Virus record (IMG/VR): IMGVR_UViG_3300030098_002071
Span: 1-64,000 of that record
From: a virus
Length of the DNA: 64,000 nucleotides
Strand: one strand, 5' to 3'
Part shown: positions 8,210 to 17,588 of the stretch, piece after piece
Position numbering within the stretch: the stretch's first letter is position 1
Layout of the letters: each line of letters begins with the position of its first letter
Made by a program: the position numbers and the translations under genes
The notes under the pieces: generated by a model
Databases searched by the model: none
Seen by the model: only the letters and a program-made list of their open reading frames with translations
What the model was told of the DNA's origin: nothing

Positions 8210-9151
8210 CTATTTTTCCAACTCAGCAACTTTTTTAGCATATTCTTCCAAAGGCACATTTAACCTTTTAGCTAAAGCTACTTGTGTTTGAGTTAATCGG
8301 ATTTTTTTAGAAGATGGGCTTCTTTTTACAGGTGCAACAACATTAGCAGGTTTGCTCTGTTGTAGAGTAACAGTCTCATCTCCGCTTTCCACTTCCCCTT
8401 CAAAACGGGTAGGAAAGACTTCTTTTATACGGCTATCAATCCTTTCGTAATACTCATCGCTGCGTGGATCAACACCGCTTTTAACTAATTTTTCGTGCAG
8501 CCCATATGCTAGGGCAGTCATCTCTTCATCGCTCCCAAACCAAGTGTTTTTCTTAAACCATGCTTCTGCTTTTGCATCTGGTTTAGGAACTTCATTATTA
8601 CTATATACTTGATCTGGGCCTGTTTGTAAAGGTTTTTCTTCTTTATAAGAACGTTTTGATGGGTCATATTCTCCATATTTAGGGGCGTAGCCATTCCATT
8701 TATCACGCTCAACTGTAGCCTTAGTTATTTTAGTTTGGGCTTCTACGACACTATCTGTATCGCCTATTTCATAGGCTTTTCTATACTCTTCTTGTGCTTT
8801 AGCTAATTCTGCGTCTGCCCTAGCTTTAGATTGTTCTACAAGAACATTTTCCCCTTTTTGAAGGTTTTCTTTAAGTTTTCTATTCTCCTCTTGAATAGAT
8901 TGAGCAAACTTAAACGCCTCTCTAGCTTCTCTCTCTTTAGCTTCTTTCACCCGTCTTTCATCATGATAGGCTTTTTTGAGCTTACCTATACGGTTTTTAA
9001 CTTTATCTGAATAATCCTCTAACTCATCCGCAGAAGGTTCAGGATTATCATCCTTTGGTAGAGGTTCCTTTCCTCTATCCTCTTCAGGAGTGTCGTCTAT
9101 AATTTCAAAATTAGGTTCTTGTACTTCTACTTCCTGTTCTTGTTTAGCCAT
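8210..9151 (-). CDS. Putative capsid scaffolding protein
   Basis: Acidic coiled coil, W...N.WFG, C-terminal LTQTQVALAKRL.V.LEEYAK; between portal and capsid. Confidence 0.75.
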   Translation of the reverse strand: MAKQEQEVEVQEPNFEIIDDTPEEDRGKEPLPKDDNPEPSADELEDYSDKVKNRIGKLKKAYHDERRVKEAKEREAREAFKFAQSIQEENRKLKENLQKGENVLVEQSKARADAELAKAQEEYRKAYEIGDTDSVVEAQTKITKATVERDKWNGYAPKYGEYDPSKRSYKEEKPLQTGPDQVYSNNEVPKPDAKAEAWFKKNTWFGSDEEMTALAYGLHEKLVKSGVDPRSDEYYERIDSRIKEVFPTRFEGEVESGDETVTLQQSKPANVVAPVKRSPSSKKIRLTQTQVALAKRLNVPLEEYAKKVAELEK

Positions 9152-9160
9152 TATTAACTC

Positions 9161-9565
9161 CTAGTTTGCTCGTGAAAAACCACGAGGGTCTGCAACAACA
9201 CCATCAATGCTGTCATCGTTTAACATACGAAATTCTTCCCCATCTATATACATACGTGTGCCAGAATACGGACGCATAACTATAAAATCCCCCTCTTTAC
9301 ACCAAGGGCCAGTAGGAAATTTATCTTTATCTTTATACGCATCTGGGCCTAAAGCTACAACAAACCCAATATTTGCGGCTGTTTCTTCTCTATCCACTAC
9401 ACTATCTGGTTTTATAATGCCCCCTGCGGTTTTTTCTTCGATTTTTGGTAATGTAACCAATATCTTATAACCGACTGGTATAGGGAGTCTAAGTGATTTA
9501 TCTTTTATACGGTTTACTTCTTCTAATGTCTTATCGACATCTATGGTTCCTACAGCAGAGTTCAT
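9161..9565 (-). CDS. groES: Co-chaperonin GroES-like protein
   Basis: PVGYKILV, EEKTAGGII mobile loop, VVALGPD, YSGT, LNDDSI; start moved to the ATG with a GAGGAG RBS. Confidence 0.85.
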   Translation of the reverse strand: MNSAVGTIDVDKTLEEVNRIKDKSLRLPIPVGYKILVTLPKIEEKTAGGIIKPDSVVDREETAANIGFVVALGPDAYKDKDKFPTGPWCKEGDFIVMRPYSGTRMYIDGEEFRMLNDDSIDGVVADPRGFSRAN

Positions 9566-9566
9566 A

Positions 9567-9758
9567 TTACTCCTCAGATTTTTTAGCAGCATCAATTATG
9601 TCTAAGAAAGTCCTTTCAGCTAAAGCTAAACCTTCTATAACCCCTACCAGATGCCGATAGTGGGGGAAATCCGTTGCACCGCCAGTAGCTACTGTGTCAG
9701 CGTAATCATTCATTATTTTGCGTAAATCTTCTTTAAATACGTCTTCAAAACTAGCCAT
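9567..9758 (-). CDS. Small conserved protein downstream of portal
   Basis: Coupled ORF, YRHLVG.IEGL motif. Confidence 0.7.
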   Translation of the reverse strand: MASFEDVFKEDLRKIMNDYADTVATGGATDFPHYRHLVGVIEGLALAERTFLDIIDAAKKSEE

Positions 9759-12166
9759 TAAACACCATCCCTCATATTAGGCATTTCTTTAGTTGTATCA
9801 GGTTCAGTAAGGTCTTTTGCTACTTGTAACCCTATCTTGAGCCCTTCAGTTTTTTGTTTTTCAGTCAATTCATTTTGTTGTTTACTCAATTCAACACCAA
9901 GTTTAGCCCCTTCAATTTGCTTTTCAGTCTCAATTTCCTCATTTTTAAGCACCGCATCCATAAGGTCTTTTGCTGATTTACGTTTAAGTTCAGCTTCCTT
10001 AATAGCCAATTCTTGCTGCTGCATTTGTACAAGTGGGTCTTGTGCTCTTTGTTGAGCTTGCTCTTGTGCTTGTTGGGCAGCAGATTGCTCCTGCACCTGA
10101 GTAGATGCCTGTGCCATCATTTGTGATAGTTTAGTTTCCACATCTTCAGGTAGCGGTTGATCTGGTGGGGGTAATTCTACGCCCATTTGTTTCTCTACTT
10201 CTGCTCTATACTGCATAGCTACGTGATCGGCTATGTGAGCTGCTAGGGCTCCTTGCACAGCGTTTGCCATAGGACTTTGCCCTATTAATTTAGCAATCTG
10301 TGGGTTTTGTGCCGCAGACATATGTGTCTGGATATGTGCTGCATGGTCTTGATATAAAAAGGCTTTTACTGGTTTGCCTGTAAGTAACGCCATGTTTTCG
10401 CTTACTGGGTCTTTTGGAACCATATCCTCTTCTGTAGGCACTAATTTGGTTGCATCTTTAATACCTAAAGTCTGTAACATTTGCTGGTGTAATTTAGGAA
10501 GATCATATAATTGTGGGGCTTGGGACGCTAATTGTAGAGCTGCCTGATACTGGACAACCCGCATAGACATAGTAGCTGCATTAGGATCACTAACAGGAAT
10601 AATGTCTACCTCGTTATACGCCTTTTGCTCCTCTACGTTATCGGTGAGCATATACTGACTAACTATATCCTTAATTAACCTAAACTCTGTTTTCATAGAG
10701 GTATGCATACGAGCCTGTACTGCACTCATAACTTTTAGCATTCTCTCCAAAATAGCTAGAGTTGTGCCTACAGGGGCTTCAGAATTAAGATCAACTCCCT
10801 TAAAATCAGACACCGCTGCCATAGATCGACCTTGGTCTATGATATTATTAAACAAAGCTAACAGTGTTTGGGAAGGTTCTTTATAGGGTAAAAAGGCTAT
10901 GTTATCTAGTATTTTACCTCCGGGTACATCTACATCTCTAAACTCACCGGGCATAATCGGGGTTTCGTCCCCTTTAATACGCAATCCTCTACTTTTAAGC
11001 CCACCGGGTAAATTATTAAGTGTACCTGCGTCAACTAACTGCCGAAGTAGAGAAGTACCAGACTTAGCATGCCCACCAAGTAAATGTATAAGTCCAAATC
11101 CATAAAATCCAAATCCCGGTACATATGTGTAATGTACAAAATGGTTACGTTTTCTCCTGAGTTGGTCATCAGGGCTCCAATTACGATATATAGATAGTAT
11201 TGTTAAAGACGACCTATCCATAGTAATGACATAAGGAAGAGCTATTTGGTTGTCATCCTCTCCTAAGTCATATTCCACATGCATCTCAAGAAGTTCGTAT
11301 CGACTATCTTCTGTTAGATCAACTCCCTCTGTATCATCCTTTTTCTTCTGTATATCGGTACGTAAAAATCCGGGGTCTCCTAAATCAGCATTTCTGTAAA
11401 ACCCATCTACTTGTAAAAACTTAACCTCGTTTTCAGTCTTACGCATAATATGAGTTACACGGGGGCAGGTATTTAGATCAGATGACCCGTAGGAAACTAC
11501 CAAATCCTCTGCGGGTATAAACGCTGCACACTGCCTACCCATAGCAGGATCATAGTAAACTTTTTTAAATGCTGACCCCGCCAACGCCAAATTCCATAAC
11601 AATCTTTCGTGCTCTGGGCGATATTCTGTCATCTCTTCTGTAAGACGGTAATTCATATCGTCACGAACTTGCTCTGCAGCCTTTTCTTTCTCTTTATCAC
11701 TTTTGCCAACAACTTGGGCTTTTACAGGGCCAGCTGCAGGAAATGTCTCGGTTATAGCCTCAGACTGAAACCTAACTACTGCTTCAGATAATAATGGATG
11801 GTATACCCCACAAGCTCCATCCCAAGGTTCAGTTCGCTCTTCTATCTTTAAACCTAAAAGATTTAGCCCATCCTCGTATGTCTTCTTCCACTCTGTACGG
11901 CTGTCATCATCAGAATTAAATGAATTTATTAAATCATCGGCTATGGAGGTCAATTCGTCCTCCCCCATATTTTCTGCTAAATTAATATTAAAGCCCGTAT
12001 CAGGTACATCTTCAGCATCCCCGCCCATAACGACTTCTACGCTGCCGTCATCTTTTATCTCTATATCTACTGCGGTTTCAGGCTCACCTGCCGCAACTTC
12101 AATATCCTGTGGGGCTTCTTCTGTAATTGCTTCTATACCTACTTGTAGTGCTGGTTCAACCGCCAT
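9758..12166 (-). CDS. Portal protein
   Basis: 802 aa after terminase; GSAFKKVYYD, PGFGFYG.GL, Gln-rich C-terminal barrel as in P22-like portals. Confidence 0.85.
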   Translation of the reverse strand: MAVEPALQVGIEAITEEAPQDIEVAAGEPETAVDIEIKDDGSVEVVMGGDAEDVPDTGFNINLAENMGEDELTSIADDLINSFNSDDDSRTEWKKTYEDGLNLLGLKIEERTEPWDGACGVYHPLLSEAVVRFQSEAITETFPAAGPVKAQVVGKSDKEKEKAAEQVRDDMNYRLTEEMTEYRPEHERLLWNLALAGSAFKKVYYDPAMGRQCAAFIPAEDLVVSYGSSDLNTCPRVTHIMRKTENEVKFLQVDGFYRNADLGDPGFLRTDIQKKKDDTEGVDLTEDSRYELLEMHVEYDLGEDDNQIALPYVITMDRSSLTILSIYRNWSPDDQLRRKRNHFVHYTYVPGFGFYGFGLIHLLGGHAKSGTSLLRQLVDAGTLNNLPGGLKSRGLRIKGDETPIMPGEFRDVDVPGGKILDNIAFLPYKEPSQTLLALFNNIIDQGRSMAAVSDFKGVDLNSEAPVGTTLAILERMLKVMSAVQARMHTSMKTEFRLIKDIVSQYMLTDNVEEQKAYNEVDIIPVSDPNAATMSMRVVQYQAALQLASQAPQLYDLPKLHQQMLQTLGIKDATKLVPTEEDMVPKDPVSENMALLTGKPVKAFLYQDHAAHIQTHMSAAQNPQIAKLIGQSPMANAVQGALAAHIADHVAMQYRAEVEKQMGVELPPPDQPLPEDVETKLSQMMAQASTQVQEQSAAQQAQEQAQQRAQDPLVQMQQQELAIKEAELKRKSAKDLMDAVLKNEEIETEKQIEGAKLGVELSKQQNELTEKQKTEGLKIGLQVAKDLTEPDTTKEMPNMRDGV

Positions 12167-12178
12167 TTTTTAAATCCT

Positions 12179-12496
12179 TTACATTATTTGATTGCATACG
12201 GTAGTATTTTTTAGAAGAGTAACATAAAGAGGTGTTTTTTCTCCCATATATGACCCGGCAATATTGTATTCAAAATACTCTTCTGCTTCCTCGTAGCTCA
12301 TATCTTTAGTTAGATTATCTATAATTAAATCTTTATCGTACACAACTACTACTTCAGATTTTACGTTCCGGGTAAGTCCCAAAATAGCAGAATCAAAATA
12401 TTCAGCGGGGGCTAAAAACAGAAATCCATCTTGAAAACTCTCACCAAAACCTTCAATAATTTTTTCTTGAATTTTACTCATCTTAACTTCCGCCAC
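12179..12496 (-). CDS. Conserved phage hypothetical protein
   Basis: EEAEEYFEYNIAGSYMGEKTP motif. Confidence 0.65.
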   Translation of the reverse strand: MAEVKMSKIQEKIIEGFGESFQDGFLFLAPAEYFDSAILGLTRNVKSEVVVVYDKDLIIDNLTKDMSYEEAEEYFEYNIAGSYMGEKTPLYVTLLKNTTVCNQIM

Positions 12497-12546
12497 TTAA
12501 ACCCCCTTATTATTCCTTAATAGTAACTTGCTCGTTTATACTTCAA

Positions 12547-14067
12547 CTAATAGTAGGTAGTCTTCCTACGTCTTAGGTATTTAAATTCGTCTTCCTCTTC
12601 ATCTGTTCCTAATTTAATAAACCCGCCTTGTCTATACCTTAAAAGTGCTTGAGTCGTACTATCTACATAATCATCGTGTTCCCCTGCAGGAAAAGATGCT
12701 GTTTCTTCCACAACCTCTTGTGCCCATCTAGTGTCTGGAGCCCAAATTGCCCCTGAAGCAAATAAATCTGTAACTGCGTTTACCCTAGCTATCTTATCAT
12801 TCCCCCTAGTAGGGGTAAATTCTGACACGGGTATACCCATAGCTCGTAATTCAAATACTAGTGGTGCTCCAGCAGCTTTCGCTTCTATTATCAGTGCATC
12901 TGGTTCCCAATCTGTATAATGTTCTTGTGCTTTTATCTTTAATTCTGGAAACTCCATGCGTTTTCTATACGCATCTAACAATATAAGGTTTGGAACGGTA
13001 CGCCCAGTATCTTCATCCTCCCTATTAAACACCCCCCATGTCGTACAAGCAGAATAATCCGCCCTATTTGTCTTTAAAAACGCTGTATCCCACGACTGAA
13101 TAATAAAATCACACGGAGGGGGCTTGTCTTGTTCCCAAATACGCCACCATTCACGTTTTATCAAGGCTCCTTCTTCAGATGTAGGGCTTTGCTGATACTG
13201 AGCTTGCCATTTTGACACCGGAAGTTGGGTTTTTAGCGTTTCTAACTCCTCTTTTGCCCAAAATTCAGGCCAAACAGGATTTCCAGAAGGCAATATAGCA
13301 GGAAATTCAATAACTTTCCATTCATCACCCCCATACTGGGCACTTGCTTTGATAACTTGCCCCGTCAAATCCCGTTTTGACCACCTTGTCATTACCACAA
13401 CAATAGAACCACCCGGTTGCAAACGCTGTCTTGGGCCAGATGTGTACCAATCGTAAACTTTATCGTAGACTTCAGGGCTCGTTTCAGCAATAACAGCTTC
13501 TTGTTCTGAGTGCGGGTCGTCAATAATTAACAAATCAGCACCTTTACCTGTTACAGCACCGCCTACACCAATAGCAAAGTAGTCACCTCCAGCATTTGTG
13601 TTCCATCTACCAGCCGCTTTAGAGTCAGATTGTAAATGCACCGTGGGAAACACCTCTTTATACTGGTCGCTACCTACTAAGTTTCTAACCTTACGACCAA
13701 AACCCACGGCTAATTCTGCAGTATGGGACGTTTGTATAATTTTTTTATTGGGAAATTTACCCAAGAACCAAGCAGGTAGCAGATAAGACGCAAACTCCGA
13801 CTTAGTATGGCGAGGAGGCATATTAATAATAAGTCGCTTAGTTTTGCCCTCTGCTACCTCTTGGAAAGCCTCAGCCATTTTTATGTGGTGTCGCCCTTCT
13901 ATAAACTCAGGCCACATTGTTTTTACAAATTTAATAAACTCTTTTTCTGCTTTCCTACGTTCTTGCCGTTTTGCTAGCTCCTCCAACAACTCCAAAGTCT
14001 CTGTTTTCTCGTACACCGACATATGAGGTATTTTAGCTCTAATCTGTTGGACTTGTTGTGGGGTCAT
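12547..14067 (-). CDS. terL: Terminase large subunit
   Basis: Walker A MPPRHTKS, Walker B LIIDDP, VMTRW, nuclease SWDTA and HDDYVD. Confidence 0.95.
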   Translation of the reverse strand: MTPQQVQQIRAKIPHMSVYEKTETLELLEELAKRQERRKAEKEFIKFVKTMWPEFIEGRHHIKMAEAFQEVAEGKTKRLIINMPPRHTKSEFASYLLPAWFLGKFPNKKIIQTSHTAELAVGFGRKVRNLVGSDQYKEVFPTVHLQSDSKAAGRWNTNAGGDYFAIGVGGAVTGKGADLLIIDDPHSEQEAVIAETSPEVYDKVYDWYTSGPRQRLQPGGSIVVVMTRWSKRDLTGQVIKASAQYGGDEWKVIEFPAILPSGNPVWPEFWAKEELETLKTQLPVSKWQAQYQQSPTSEEGALIKREWWRIWEQDKPPPCDFIIQSWDTAFLKTNRADYSACTTWGVFNREDEDTGRTVPNLILLDAYRKRMEFPELKIKAQEHYTDWEPDALIIEAKAAGAPLVFELRAMGIPVSEFTPTRGNDKIARVNAVTDLFASGAIWAPDTRWAQEVVEETASFPAGEHDDYVDSTTQALLRYRQGGFIKLGTDEEEDEFKYLRRRKTTYY

Positions 14068-14702
14068 TTTTCTATAGGTTTAGGTTTAATTAACTCTCTT
14101 TTTTCTTTAAAACTTTTATGTTCTATCCCCTGACTAAGATCAGGAGAACCTAACTCTGCAACAACATCTATAGACTCAGAAGACACAGACTCTAATACTT
14201 CTACTTCTTCTGCATCTATAACTTTTTCTAGTTTTTCATACAGGCGTTTCTCTAATTCCTCAGTGCTCTGATGCTTTATCGTTATTTCGGTTCGTTCCGC
14301 AAATAGCCCTACATCTGTAATCTTACCTAGTAACTCCAAAGCCCGCATTCTAGTCCTTGCATCCTTAGAGTTAGACTCTTCAATTAATCTATTGGTTATG
14401 TAAGTACGTAACTGTGCAGAGCTATCTACAATCTGTTTATCGTATTCTGTCAGTAGAGCTGCAAGGTGCATTCCAACAGCAGGGTTTTGTAGAGCTGCCG
14501 AAACTTTCTTTTCCCCAGTGTAGACTTTACGAGCAGCTTCTTTGTCTTCTTCTGTAGGCTCAATTTTTACCCCAAAACTACCTAGAGCTTGTGCTGTTTG
14601 ACAAGCAACTTTGGCTCTTTTAAGTGTAGTAGTTAATTCATCGGGAGATAAATCTATTGGTAAAGGTATACCGCTATCAAAAGATACTGAAAGATCACTC
14701 AT
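14064..14702 (-). CDS. Putative terminase small subunit
   Basis: Directly upstream of terL; RALELLGK...GLF helical motif. Confidence 0.6.
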   Translation of the reverse strand: MSDLSVSFDSGIPLPIDLSPDELTTTLKRAKVACQTAQALGSFGVKIEPTEEDKEAARKVYTGEKKVSAALQNPAVGMHLAALLTEYDKQIVDSSAQLRTYITNRLIEESNSKDARTRMRALELLGKITDVGLFAERTEITIKHQSTEELEKRLYEKLEKVIDAEEVEVLESVSSESIDVVAELGSPDLSQGIEHKSFKEKRELIKPKPIEK

Positions 14703-14986
14703 CCTTTTATATGCTCCTGTATAGCCCAATCTAGATATACTTTGGCTTTCAGCAAATCCTGCACCCCGCCTTTATGTTTATACCTAGATGTATATTTGTA
14801 AACATTGCCCATACAATACGCTATGTATCCGTCTTTGCCTAGTTTTGCTCGGATATATTGAATTACTTCTATGCCACCTTCCGTATAATGTTTGGGGTGA
14901 TTTACAGAGTCATCTGTATTAGATTCCCCAATGTTGTATTCCCAGTTGGGCACAGTTTTTCTAGCATCGTCCATGCTTTTCTCCAT
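14699..14986 (-). CDS. DUF3310 / T7 gp1.7-like protein
   Basis: VNHPKHY, GNVYKY..RY..KGGVQDL.KA..YL. Confidence 0.85.
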   Translation of the reverse strand: MEKSMDDARKTVPNWEYNIGESNTDDSVNHPKHYTEGGIEVIQYIRAKLGKDGYIAYCMGNVYKYTSRYKHKGGVQDLLKAKVYLDWAIQEHIKG

Positions 14987-15183
14987 AAATACAGTAATGT
15001 ATCAAAAAATATTATTTAAGGAAACAGGGGAGGTAAAAAATAAGTGACGGGGGGGTTTTTTGAAAAAATTTCAAATTGTTTGTGCAGATTAATATATATA
15101 CATAAAAATATTTTGACAGGTCAGTTTAGGGGCTCCCACCCCCCGTAGGGACACCCCACCCCCCTATTATTTCCTAGTATTAC

Positions 15184-15212
15184 TTGACATTAAATGGTAA
15201 GTTTGCCATAAT
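15184..15212 (+). promoter_or_regulatory. Early sigma70 promoter
   Basis: TTGACA-17 bp-CATAAT upstream of the first plus-strand ORF. Confidence 0.8.
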
Positions 15213-15259
15213 AGGTTCACTGGTCGCAGTTAAGGGCCAGCAACCAATAGGAGAATATC

Positions 15260-15478
15260 ATGGGACAACCATTAATCAATCCAGAAACACAGTTTAGAAC
15301 ATCAATGGCAATATACATTGACAAGATTAGATATGGCAAGAGAACGTTTACAAAGGATCGTGCAGAAAAATATCTAATGCAATTAGCCGCACAACTTGAT
15401 GAGTTAAAGAGATTAGAGAAAGATACCCATACAGATGCAGGTAAAGAAAAACTTTGCAGAGCTGTTTGGAGACTGTAG
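15260..15478 (+). CDS. Early hypothetical protein
   Basis: AGGAG RBS directly downstream of promoter. Confidence 0.7.
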   Translation: MGQPLINPETQFRTSMAIYIDKIRYGKRTFTKDRAEKYLMQLAAQLDELKRLEKDTHTDAGKEKLCRAVWRL

Positions 15479-15534
15479 TAATACCGAATGGGGGGACGGT
15501 TTCCCCCCTTATTTTTTATAGGAGAAGTATCATG
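15477..15534 (+). repeat. Intergenic hairpin-RBS repeat, copy 1 (copy 2 at 15713-15768)
   Basis: AGTAATACCGAATGGGGGGACGGTTTCCCCCCTTA identical in both, then T-tract, AGGAG and ATCATG. Confidence 0.9.
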
Positions 15535-15717
15535 GAAGCGAAGCAAATCTTAGATTCATCTGATGAGACATTACAAAAAGCATTGCACAAGCTAATGTAT
15601 TGTTCAAATTCAACCCGCATAAAGAATTTGGTGGTACATCACAATGAGAAAGATAAATGGTCAATTCACGTTAACTTTATTACCAATGATCAAATTTACG
15701 ATTACGATGGTAAGTAA
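15532..15717 (+). CDS. Early hypothetical protein, 61 aa
   Basis: Start moved to ATG 15532 behind AGGAG RBS. Confidence 0.65.
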   Translation: MEAKQILDSSDETLQKALHKLMYCSNSTRIKNLVVHHNEKDKWSIHVNFITNDQIYDYDGK

Positions 15718-15768
15718 TACCGAATGGGGGGACGGTTTCCCCCCTTACTTTTCTAGGAGAATATCATG
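15713..15768 (+). repeat. Intergenic hairpin-RBS repeat, copy 2
   Basis: Matches 15477-15534. Confidence 0.9.
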
Positions 15769-15996
15769 AAGTATTTTTACCAAGTAACTATGGTTGTATC
15801 CGCAAGCATTGCCGTATTGTTTGCATACTGGGCAGGAATACATACTGGGTTATCAGATACAGATAACTGGGGAACAATAGCTCAGATGTTACCAGACGGA
15901 GAGTTTGGTTCCTTGTCAGTACTCTTACTTGTCTTTGCTTTCGCACCATACTTAATACTGCAAGATTACATTAACGATACACAATTAGAAGAATGA
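15766..15996 (+). CDS. Early two-TM membrane protein
   Basis: RBS; two hydrophobic segments. Confidence 0.7.
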   Translation: MKYFYQVTMVVSASIAVLFAYWAGIHTGLSDTDNWGTIAQMLPDGEFGSLSVLLLVFAFAPYLILQDYINDTQLEE

Positions 15997-15999
15997 CTA

Positions 16000-16030
16000 G
16001 GAAGGGGATGAAATATTCCCCTCCTTTTCT
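16000..16030 (+). terminator. Probable terminator
   Basis: GGAAGGGGA...TCCCCTCC followed by TTTTCT. Confidence 0.6.
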
Positions 16031-16064
16031 GATACCAGTTATCAGACTCTAGGCCTTGCTTTTC

Positions 16065-16094
16065 TGTAGGACACCATATATATGATACCCTATG
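16065..16094. promoter_or_regulatory. 30-bp palindromic site, copy 1
   Basis: TGTAGGACACCATATATATGATACCCTATG, next to the -35 at 16096. Confidence 0.65.
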
Positions 16095-16095
16095 G

Positions 16096-16125
16096 TTGAC
16101 ATTAAATACCAATATGTCCTATTAT
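16096..16125 (+). promoter_or_regulatory. Sigma70 promoter
   Basis: TTGACA-18 bp-TATTAT; shares TTGACATTAAAT and downstream TCACTGG with the 15184 promoter. Confidence 0.7.
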
Positions 16126-16191
16126 ATAGTCACTGGGCAGGAAACTCTCCAGTAACATTATTAAATAACCAATTATGAAAGGTAGTATCTT

Positions 16192-16869
16192 ATGAGTAAG
16201 AAACAAGCTAGTGACATCCTTAACTATTCAACAGAATATGCAGGGATTACGCACACCATACGGGAACCTAAGGTTCCTTTTAGTGTTTCGGCTATGAGTG
16301 ACTTATCAGCTAGTAAAGACGAACAACAGCATTCTCTTTGCTTTTCGATACTTCGACCAGTAGCAATGGGCAATACTATAGCATTTGATAGTTTAACCCC
16401 GACAATTCGTAAAGAATTACAAGGGAGTCGGTCATTAAAATCAACTGACTTGAGCGAAGAATCTAGAGAATTTTTAAAGATACTTAATCAAGCAGGTATA
16501 GCTAATGCGAGTGGTAATTTGAGGATAATCCTTAATTATACTAATGAGCAATTAGCTAAAGCATTTTCGGCAGGATTCGCTAAAGCGAAGAAATTAGGAT
16601 CACATCTTACACTTCACCAGCTAGCAGGATTCGTTAAGGATTATTTCTCTAAGGATTTTCCTAAGAGCACTCCGAAGACTGGCGGAGTAGTAGTGACCGA
16701 ACCTGCTAAAAAGTACAATGATCTGAAAGCTTCAATAGTAAAGTTTGCTATAAGAGAATCTAATGGCAACAAGGAATACATCAAAAGAATATGGAAAGAG
16801 TTTCTTAAAGACCATATGACAGCGGATGAAGTTAACGACATAGTTAACAAGATAGCAGAATCTAAGTAA
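16192..16869 (+). CDS. Early hypothetical protein in its own transcription unit
   Basis: 225-aa ORF with own promoter, GAAAGG RBS and terminator. Confidence 0.75.
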   Translation: MSKKQASDILNYSTEYAGITHTIREPKVPFSVSAMSDLSASKDEQQHSLCFSILRPVAMGNTIAFDSLTPTIRKELQGSRSLKSTDLSEESREFLKILNQAGIANASGNLRIILNYTNEQLAKAFSAGFAKAKKLGSHLTLHQLAGFVKDYFSKDFPKSTPKTGGVVVTEPAKKYNDLKASIVKFAIRESNGNKEYIKRIWKEFLKDHMTADEVNDIVNKIAESK

Positions 16870-16876
16870 TACTTTT

Positions 16877-16909
16877 AACCCTCGGCAGAAATGTCGAGGG
16901 TTTTTTTTT
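16877..16909 (+). terminator. Rho-independent terminator
   Basis: AACCCTCGGCA-GAAA-TGTCGAGGGTT then a T run. Confidence 0.9.
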
Positions 16910-16918
16910 GGCTCTGCC

Positions 16919-17001
16919 ACCAGTTCCCTGACTATACGCCTATCTTACCTTTTGATACCAGTTCCCTGACTATACGCCTATCTTACCTTTTGATACCAGT
17001 T
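16919..17001 (+). repeat. 38-bp perfect tandem repeat, 2 copies plus a partial
   Basis: ACCAGTTCCCTGACTATACGCCTATCTTACCTTTTGAT x2 then ACCAGTT. Confidence 0.95.
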
Positions 17002-17024
17002 ATCAGACTCTAAGCCTAGCTTTC

Positions 17025-17054
17025 CGTAGGGCTTCATATATATGACTCCATACA
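17025..17054. promoter_or_regulatory. 30-bp palindromic site, copy 2
   Basis: CGTAGGGCTTCATATATATGACTCCATACA. Confidence 0.65.
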
Positions 17055-17464
17055 CTCTCAATAAATACCATGAAATAAATTGTTATGATGTTTTCTATCA
17101 TATACTAAAGTTTTTACATTTGTAAAAACATTGCTACATCCGCATATAATCAGGGTTTGCAGGAGATTAGCACGTGAAAAAAGCCCTTTGTTTTTACATA
17201 TATATTATTTTAGTGTAAAAAAGTATATAAGTAAGTAACCCTCATGTGTCTGTACGAGGTAGTCTTATTGTTTAAGCTTTCATTTATATTCTCAAAAAAC
17301 CAGATTTGTAAAAACAAAGCCATTTTTACTCACAGAAATCCCCCCATATCCCGCATTATTCCCCATTGTATTAATGTTTAACTAATTGTAAAAACACCAC
17401 CTCATATTCTAAAACATTATAACAATACACTACTTGTTATTAGGTATTACTTAGTAGGACATAT

Positions 17465-17493
17465 TTGACACCATACAGGAAATATGCTATAAT
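17465..17493 (+). promoter_or_regulatory. Consensus sigma70 promoter with extended -10
   Basis: TTGACA-17 bp-TATAAT with TGn. Confidence 0.9.
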
Positions 17494-17558
17494 AATAATG
17501 TAGCAATTCGTCTTGCGTATATGTAGCGTTTGTCCATTTATGTGAGATTTGTTCATTT

Positions 17559-17588
17559 CGTATGACATCATAATTATGGTGTCCTACA
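17559..17588. promoter_or_regulatory. 30-bp palindromic site, copy 3
   Basis: CGTATGACATCATAATTATGGTGTCCTACA. Confidence 0.75.

Noticed and set aside
15477-15768. Mini-CRISPR or integron attC array
   Set aside because: Only two copies, separated by a whole ORF; no attC R/L boxes or integrase seen.
16919-17001. CRISPR array
   Set aside because: The 38-bp units are directly adjacent with no spacers, and there is no cas operon.
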